A stretch of 63,353 nt of DNA, the filler included, from Octopus bimaculoides (taxonomy: Eukaryota), in the NCBI RefSeq assembly GCF_001194135.2. It is 6 parts of 6 records of this genome, joined end to end, with 100 filler letters (N's around TTAATTAATTAA, not from the genome) between each part and the next. Parts side by side here need not be neighbours in the genome. Positions count along the whole stretch, not along the records: positions 34,896 to 58,365 come from NC_069001.1; positions 58,466 to 61,987 come from NC_068991.1; positions 62,088 to 63,353 come from NC_069008.1; 3 more parts are not named here. One strand, given 5' to 3'. How positions within the stretch are numbered: position 1 is the stretch's first letter; each line of letters begins with the position of its first letter. A program made the translations under genes and the position numbers. Shown piece by piece: positions 54,837 to 63,353 of the stretch. The notes below the pieces were generated by a model. The model saw nothing but the letters and a program-made list of their open reading frames with translations. It made no database searches and was not told where the DNA came from.

Positions 54837-56000
54837 GTAAGTTGTCAAGTTGTTTGATCTTTCTCTTTGAATTTACCTCCTCATCTCACCATTTCTCCTT
54901 CTTTGATTTGATTCTCCACCTTTATCTCTCTTTTTTTTTTTTTTTACATTCATTCTCCCTTCTTTATGTTTTACAACTTCTCTTTCCTTCTCTCTCTCTT
55001 TACTCATCTGTCTTTCTGTTGTTTCCCCCCTCTTTAACTCTTATTGTTTACACATCTCTCTCTCTGTGGGCTGTCTGTTTTATCTACTAAAATCTAAATA
55101 CATTTTCATACACAATACTACACTCTGATACACACACATTGTTCACATAGCACTCATATATACACAGGCACATCATTGATATAACATACACACACATATT
55201 GCACTCGTGATAATCCATTCACACACTCAGCTCCACTTAACATTCACTCACCCACACACATCCTCCACTCAATACTGCCCCCTGTACACACACACACACA
55301 CATAGCATTGCTCACCATGCCATCCACATCCACCAGCACTTGGCATTTTTATTTATTTATTCATGGAGTTGTTATTAATTATATTTATTATTAATAAACT
55401 GGTGAAAGGCAGCAAGCTGGATGAAATGCTTAATGGTATTTCTCCCGTCGCTACATTCTGAGTTCAAAATTTGCCAAGGTCGACTTTGCCTTTCATCCTT
55501 TCAGGGTCGATAAAATACCAGTTACGCACTGGGGTTGATGTAATCGACTCATCTCCACTCCCGCAGCTGCCCTTGTGGCAAAAACGTTAAATAATTATTA
55601 AGGTGGTGAGCTGGCAGAATTGTCAGTCAGCCTTGCCAGGCAATTTTATCTGTCATTCCATTCTGAGTTCAAATTCCACCAAGGTCTACTTTGCCTTTCA
55701 TTTTTCCAGGGTCAATAAATTAAGTATTAAACAAGCAGCCCTTGTGGTGGGGGGCCCGATGTGATCAAACTAGCCCCCTCCCCAAGTATTTTAGACCCTG
55801 TGCTTAACAATAGAAACGAATAAAATATTCGTGTTTGCAGTATTCATATATCAGTGTATTGTTAAGCGTTGTGAATCGTGGGTAACAGAAATATCCTCAC
55901 CTCACACTCATAGCGTTACAACCTGTGGACCCAAGTAACTGCACTCAACGATTTTATTTATGTGTTTGTTTATTTTGTGTATTTCTTTATTTCTTTGCAG

Positions 56001-56195
56001 CACTTGTACATCAGTGTGCTGCTGACCGTTCTGTGGACCCTCGGTAACTTGATCTACTGCATGCGGTGCACCGAGTGGGGCGGCTATATGGAAACCAGGA
56101 GCAAGCTGAACAACTTCCTTCACACTGATTTTGTCATCACACTCATATTTGGAATCATGTTTTATGCTTATCCCGTTTGGCTTTTGAGAGTTCAG
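56001..56195 (+). CDS. Multi-TM gene exon 4 (HLYISVLLTVLWTLGNL...TDFVITLIFGIMFYAYPVWLLRVQ)
   Basis: TTTGCAG acceptor, CAG|GTAAGA donor, 195 nt, phase 0-0. Confidence 0.9.
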
Positions 56196-56687
56196 GTAAG
56201 AATGTGAAAAAACCCAGAAAACAAATTGAGTGTTTGTGTTTGTGTTTTTTGCCAATTATTCTGAAAGAGTTGCGGTCATTGTTTGTGTGGTGTCCCCTTT
56301 GTATTTTATTCTTTTACTTGTTCCAGTCATATGACTGTGGCCATGCTAGAGCACCACCTTGAAGGGTTTCAGTCAAACAAATCGACCCCAAGGCTTATTT
56401 TTTTAAAGCCTACTACTTATTCTATCAGTCTCTTTTGACAAACCACTAAGTTACAGAGATATAAACACTGGATCAATATATACATATATATATATACACA
56501 CAATGGTTTTTCTTTTTGTTTTCTGTCTACAAAATCCACAAGGTGCCACACAGTGAGACTGAACCTGTGACTGTGCTGTTGGAAAGCAGACTACTTACTA
56601 CACAGCCAGGCCTGCTCCTCCTGTGAGAGGATAGTTATCTCGCTTGTATTAATGGCCCATAACCCAGAAGATGCCAGAGATATTAAA

Positions 56688-56906
56688 CCCTTTAGCATTC
56701 AGATTTCTCTGTCAAGTGTAATCCTTCTTTATTCACATTGTTTTGTATTAGGCATGGATATCTTGTAGATTCGAGACTTCAATGATGTGAATGTTTATCT
56801 TTTGAATGACAGTCAAGAGTGGGTGTGAGAGGCTGGATCTGGCTGCTTTGAACATAAAACCGGTGGAATATTTCGGCCAAATTGGGCCGGCTTAAATGCT
56901 AAAGGG
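56688..56906. mobile_element. piggyBac-like MITE, second family
   Basis: Perfect 12-bp TIRs CCCTTTAGCATT / AATGCTAAAGGG; degenerate TTAA flanks; a solo right end near 40320-40365. Confidence 0.75.
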
Positions 56907-56979
56907 TCAAATACTCTAAACATTTTGTTGTTGTTGTTGTTACTAAGAGATTAAAAATCCTGTTTCTTCTCTCCCGCAG

Positions 56980-57126
56980 ACTTCTTTACCAAGGTTAAAC
57001 GTTGTTCACGCTCATTTGTACCGTCTGTTTGGTTCAGCTCTCATGAGTTCAGCAATCATTTCAGGACGTGCCTCTAATTTCCTCATAGCCTCTGACAAAC
57101 GTATTCAGCTGTACACCAGAGTTCTG
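56980..57126 (+). CDS. Multi-TM gene exon 5 (TSLPRLNVVHAHLYRLFGSALMSSAIISG...YTRVL)
   Basis: CTCCCGCAG acceptor, GTAAGT donor, 147 nt, phase 0-0; homologous to exon 2. Confidence 0.9.
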
Positions 57127-57864
57127 GTAAGTAAACTTACAAATCTTGAATGTCTTTGGAAGTTGTAAAGCTGTATTTAAAAGAAAGAAAAAAAGGAAAC
57201 TAGTCTGCTTGTCCATGCTTGCAAGGGTTAGACAAAATTTGAGGCAGATTTTCTACAGCTGGATGCTCTTCTTGTTGCCTACCATAACCTGTTTCCAAGC
57301 CAGTTGATATTTCCTCCAAAGTCCCTTTTAAACAGCTCAATGGCTGGACATGTTTTTGCAACAGATTGTAACACCAACCACCCCCAGAGAGTGGACTCTT
57401 ACAAAGGGCATCCAGCCATAAAAACTATGCCAAAATGGACACAGAAGTCTTCTGCCTGGCCAGCTCCTGTCAAACCATCCAAGCCCGCATAGAAAACAGA
57501 CGTTAACAATGGTAATGATGATTGTATAAACAATGACACCATTTGTTCAGCCCTGATGAATCAGGCAATTATCTATGAATTGAAGTGTTTTGCTCAGAAA
57601 CACAATACGGTTTAATCCAGGAATTCAATAGTAGGTGCCATTCACTGTGATTGAACCCAAAGCCACGTGGTTGGGAAACAAACTTCTTAGCCACATAGCC
57701 ATGTCTGCTCCCGAGCCCTGGGGTTGGTGTATCCCTCCTGGGTCACTAAAATAAAATACCAGTATTAGGCTGAGGTTGATAGTGTCAAGTATCCCAGGCC
57801 CTTAAAAAAGATTTGCTGGCTTTTGTCCCTTTAATTTATTCTGTTCTGCTTGTTTTATTTTCAG

Positions 57865-58026
57865 ATCAATGTTGGATTAATTATCCTGTTTTTAGTGACC
57901 TACTTCAGCACTGCTAAACACAACGACTGGTCGGTGCCCAACACACCTTTCGTACTTGGGGTTGTCGGTGTCTGGACCCTCAATGCTTTCTGTGGCAGCT
58001 ATTCATTGGCATATTTCAAAAACTGA
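57865..58026 (+). CDS. Multi-TM gene terminal exon (INVGLIILFLVTYF...VWTLNAFCGSYSLAYFKN*)
   Basis: TTTTCAG acceptor, phase 0, TGA at 58024-26; WTL motif shared with exon 4. Confidence 0.88.
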   Translation: MNVGLIILFLVTYFSTAKHNDWSVPNTPFVLGVVGVWTLNAFCGSYSLAYFKN

Positions 58027-58573
58027 AACCTTTCAACCAGCACATTTGTTTGAGAAGAACTTTGAGAATTTTTTTTCTCTCGGTCAGTGTGTAAAATGGG
58101 GAAAAAAAAAAAAAAAATTGTTTGAGATTTCAAGAGAATTTTTTAGAGGATCTGCAAAAAAAAAAAAAATTAAAAAGTGCTGCCAAACATTTCGTGTAAT
58201 TATCAAATTTACACACACACACGCACCTGCCCTTACATACGTGAAAATCAGATTTTTATGCCGATGTCTGCTGGTGTTCCCTTTAACCCTTCAGAATCTC
58301 AATTTATAGTTTGGTAAAGCTGAAGGAATCGGAATCGTTTATCAAATTCTCTTACAACAGCAATANNNNNNNNNNNNNNNNNNNNNNNNNNNNNNNNNNN
58401 NNNNNNNNNTTAATTAATTAANNNNNNNNNNNNNNNNNNNNNNNNNNNNNNNNNNNNNNNNNNNNATATGTTAAATCTCCTCGGGGTCAGCCACATTTAA
58501 GTGGCAAATATAATTCACTTTATATATATCTATATCTATATATATGTATGTATGTATGTATATACATACACAC

Positions 58574-58606
<33 letters not shown>

Positions 58607-59274
58607 TGTATGTATGTATGCATGTATATATACGTATACATATACTGAGGTAGACGAAACAGGATGGAAGTAGTGTAGAGCGAGGTGGTGGAGAGTGAGG
58701 TTAAAGGATGCAGGAATAAATTCTACAGATCCATCAGCAAACATGACACCAGACAGACTCACGTGCCTCCAAGAAGGTTCGGCTGAGTGTCTTAGCCACG
58801 TGCTTGTTATGATTAACATTTCCTCGTCAGTATATAACCTCCATCGTCGTCCTCACCGGTCATACACCCTGTCCGTTCCCCCAGCATCCCACAATCACGC
58901 CAGTAAAAGAGTTCTCATTGATTCCCCCCGATACCATCTCACAGACAACTACACACATACATACACACATACATACATACATACATACATACATACATGC
59001 ACACACGCACACACATACATATATATATAGAGAGAGATATATATATATAGTTACTCTTTTACTCTTTTACTTCTTTCAGTCATTTGATTGCGGCCATGCT
59101 GGAGCACGGCCTTTATAGTCGAGCAAATCGACCCCAGATCTTATTCTTTGTAAGCCTAGTACTTATTCTATCGGTCTGTTTTGCTGAACCGCTATGTTAC
59201 GGGGACGCAAACACACCAGCATCGGTTGTCAAGCGATGCTGGGTGCACAAACAGACACACAAACATCTGCACAC

Positions 59275-59317
<43 letters not shown>

Positions 59318-60899
59318 CGACGGGCTTCTTCCAGTTTCCGTCTGCCAAATCCACTCACAATGCTTTGGTCGGCCCGAGGCTATAGTAGAAGACACTTGCT
59401 CAAGGTGTCACACAGTGGGACTGAACCCGGAACCATGTGGTCGGTAAGCAAGCTACGTACCACTCAGCCACTCCTACATATATGTATATAGGTGCAGGCG
59501 TGTCTGTGTGGTAAGATGCTGACTTTGAACCATGTGGTTCCGTGTTCAGTCGCACTCCATGGCAACTTGACCAACTGTCTTCTGTAGTCTCGGACCGACC
59601 AAAAGCCTTGTGGGGTGAATTTCGTAGGCGAAAACTGAAAGCCGTCGTAATATATATGTATATATATATATATATACTGTCTGAGTTCAAATTGCGCCGT
59701 GGTCGACTTTGCCTTTCAGTCGATAGATTAAGTACCAGTTGCATACTGGGGTCGATCTAATATACTGGCCACCTCCTCCAAAATTTCTGGTTTCGAGCCT
59801 AGGATACAAAAGAATATATATATACTGTATGTGTGTGTGTGTGCGTGGGTGTAAATGTGTGTGTATACACGTACATATGTTCTTTTACTTGTTTCAGTCC
59901 TTGCTGGAGCGAGGATTTAGTCGAGCAAATCGACTCCAATACTTATTTTTAATCATGTTATCATACTTATTCAATTGGTCCCATTTAGCTGAATCACTAA
60001 GTTACGGGGATGTAAACAAGCCAACACCGGTGGGTAAGCAGTGATGAGAACAATCACAAACACGCGCACACAGATACACAGACACACATACGCACACGCA
60101 AAGACAGACACACATATACGCACACATACATATATACATACATTCATATGTATATATATATGTATATATACTTTACTTAAAAGCAGCAGAAATATAACAA
60201 AAGCTGTTACTCAGAGTTTCACGTTCCCACTTATACACATGTAATACAATTTTTCTGAATTATCACATTTTTCTATATGCTAGACCACTTGGTTTTAAAT
60301 TGAATTAATATTCAATTGATCACTCTCTATATATAAATAAAGCCTTGTGAGTGGATTTGGTAGACGCAAACTGAAAGAAGCCCGTCGTATATATGAATAT
60401 ATATATATGTATGTGTGTGTATATGTTTGTATGTCTGTGTGTGTCCTCCCAACTTCGCTTGACAACCGATGCTGGTGTGTTTATGTCCCCGTAACCTAGC
60501 GGTTCGGGCAAAAGAGACCGATAGAATAAGTACTAGGCTTCCAAAGAATAAGTCCTGGGGTCGATTTGATTCGACTAAAGGTGGTGCTCCAGCATGGCCG
60601 CAGTCAAATGATTGAAACAAGTAAAAGAGTAAAAGAGAGTAAGAGTATATATATATATATACATATATNNNNNNNNNNNNNNNNNNNNNNNNNNNNNNNN
60701 NNNNNNNNNNNNNNNNNNNNNNNNNNNNNNNNNNNNNNNNNNNNNNNNNNNNNNNNNNNNNNNNNNNNNATATATATATATATATATAATGCATCAGTCG
60801 GCCTGGAACTGTAGTACAAGACACTCGCCCAAAGTGAAACAGAATCCAAAACTTAGTGGTTGGACAGCAAGCTCTTTAACCACACAACCATACTTGTTA

Positions 60900-61400
60900 T
60901 GGACGCCGCCCGCCACCAGAACAAACCTTCGCGACGATCAAACAGAAGCGCGCATCTTTGTAGATTTTCTGTCGGCTAGAAACAGTTGCAAAATCTTCCT
61001 CAAATAATGCCGTAATGGTACATGCCTAAACTGGGACATCGTGATTTCAGGGAGATATCGGCAGCTGTTGCAGGCTTGCTCGAAGAAAGAGCAGTTTCGG
61101 TCTTGTTGTTGTTGCTGCTGTTTAACCCCGAGCCAGCTCTTATCGAGCAAATTTTAAAAAGAAAAGGTGAGATGCTCGCGGTTGGAACGCTCTGGCGCTC
61201 TGACTGTCGGTTTGCTCATATGGCGCTAAATAGCAACATCGACAACAATGATGACCCTACGACAACAAGAATAGCAACAACTAGAGGCATACGGAGATAG
61301 AATACGACTTGCCAAATTGCAACAGAAGGGGACTTACTACTATACGACGTAGGTATGCTCGGTCAGGTCTGTCCCGTGGTTATACAACAACGCCACCACC
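60900..61400. promoter_or_regulatory. CpG-enriched, promoter-like segment
   Basis: Visibly more CG dinucleotides than its flanks; possible AAG|GTGAGA donor near 61167. Confidence 0.25.
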
Positions 61401-61987
61401 ATCTCCGTCACCACAACCACCGCCACTACCACCATCCAAACCATCAACACCAGTACTACGATAATCATCGACACCACTACCAATAGCCAAATGACCAACA
61501 GCAACACCGTCACTGCCACCTCTATGATCATCTCCAACACTACTACCACCGCAACCACAACTTCAGCATCATCTCAATCACTTCCAGTTAAACCATCAAT
61601 AGGAATACCACCACTAAAACTACTACCACCACTACCACCACCAATACCGCCTCTGTCACAACCACCACTACCACCACTACCACTATTACCACCACCATAA
61701 TCACAACCACTACCACCACTACCGCCACTACTACCATTACCGCTACTACTACCACTACCACTACCATCACTACCACCACCACCACCACCACCACAGCCAT
61801 AACCAGCACCACCACTACCACTACTACTACCACTACCACTACCATCACTACCACCACCACCACCACCACCACCACTACCACCATAATCATCACCACCACT
61901 ACCACCACTACTACCACTACTACAACCACCAACACTACCATCACCATCACCACAACCACCACCATCACCACAACCACCACCTTTACC
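61400..61987. repeat. Degenerate (ACC/ACT)n triplet repeat (similar tract at ~2990-3330)
   Basis: Directly visible; source of the poly-V/poly-T ORFs. Confidence 0.95.
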
Positions 61988-62960
61988 NNNNNNNNNNNNN
62001 NNNNNNNNNNNNNNNNNNNNNNNNNNNNNNNTTAATTAATTAANNNNNNNNNNNNNNNNNNNNNNNNNNNNNNNNNNNNNNNNNNNNAAACAAGTAAAAG
62101 AGTAACATGCAGAGATGAGTTGCTAAAAATCATCAGTAAAAACCTGAAAAAACTTTTGACTCAACTTGTTATATGTCTATGTGTGTTTCTGTTTGTCCTT
62201 CACCACGGAGTGATAACCTGTGTTGGTTTGTTTATATCCCCATGATTTAGTAGTTTAGTAAAGAGATTGATAGGAAAATTACCACACTTAAAAAGCAATA
62301 AGTTAATTAGTTGGTTCGGCTTGAGAAGACTCGTCAAACCAAGTGAAGTCGTAGTCATGGCTGTTACCAGTGTCATGTAAATGGCACACATGCCAGTGGC
62401 ACCTAAGAGGCACCGACTGCACACTTGGAGTGATTGGCATTAGGAAGGGCATCCAGCCATAGAAACGATGCCAAATCAGATTGGAACCTGTCACACCTAT
62501 CCAGCTTACTAGGTTTAGTCAAACCGTCTAACCCATGCCAGCATGGAAAGCAGACACTAAATGACAATGATGATAATTTGTTTGACTAAGGCCCTTCAAA
62601 GCTGTGGCCCCAGCATGGCCACAGTCCAGTGACTGAAACAAGGAAAAGATAAAAGATATACACACACATTTACATGCACATACACAGAGACACACATATT
62701 CATACACACACTCTCAGACACTCGCATGCACGCACACACACAAACACATACCCACATGTACACACACACATATTTCTAGACTATTACATGACATACATTT
62801 CCAGAAATAAGAGAAGAGAATATGGTAAGTGCCATGGTAAGAGGGCGGGTGTTTATGAGAGTTGTGTCATCCGTAAGGTCAAAGAATTTGGTGACAGGCT
62901 TCCGCAAACCTGTTGATAAATTATTTATCTAGATAATTAGTTAATTGATCATATATATAC

Positions 62961-62993
<33 letters not shown>

Positions 62994-63353
62994 TATACAN
63001 NNNNNNNNNNNNNNNNNNNNNNNNNNNNNNNNNNNNNNNNNNNNNNNNNNNNNNNNNNNNNNNNNNNNNNNNNNNNNNNNNNNNNNNNNNNNNNNNNNNC
63101 ATGCACACTAATGCACACACATGTGCACAAACAAACAAAAAGCACGCAGCTCCAATAACAGACAGAGTCAACAACTATCGAATAGGCTGCAAGGCACAAA
63201 AATTTTATAAAAAAAGAGAAAAATAAGTAAACAAGTGGAAATTGAACTGATGAGTTTGTTAATTAATTAGGCATAAAAACTGAATGATTCTTCCCGGTCA
63301 CAACCATATATATATATATATACATACATACATACATATATATATATATATAT

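Larger units (their letters stand above)
1..63353. repeat. Window-wide microsatellites ((TA)n, (CA)n, (GA)n, (TACA)n, (TCTA)n, (TTA)n, (CTT)n, (TAG)n), mostly flanking N-gaps
   Basis: Directly visible; they explain the YIYI/HTHT/VCVC/poly-L/poly-V ORFs in the track. Confidence 0.98.

Overview
AT-rich, gapped animal genomic DNA dense in microsatellites and SINEs. The repeat families resemble octopus/cephalopod repeats (inference from recalled sequence, not a search). Nearly all ORFs in the supplied track are artefacts of microsatellites or N-gaps. Two spliced + strand genes can be rebuilt with GT-AG sites and consistent phases. (1) The 3' six coding exons (15359-23891) of a K+-dependent Na+/Ca2+ exchanger (SLC24/NCKX, Nckx30C-like). 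(2) An unrecognised ~317-aa protein with ~9 TM helices (45154-58026), built from an internally duplicated 4-TM unit with matching intron positions. A second, homologous candidate first exon lies 8.7 kb upstream (36471-36641). Also present: a near-perfect 178-bp palindrome ~1 kb after the NCKX stop, a 358-bp fold-back element, an inverted SINE pair flanking an NCKX exon, Penelope-type hammerhead-like motifs, an X-box-like cluster, and decayed RTE, HERO-like, Tc1/mariner, hAT and piggyBac-like elements. No CRISPR, rRNA or true tRNA genes were seen.
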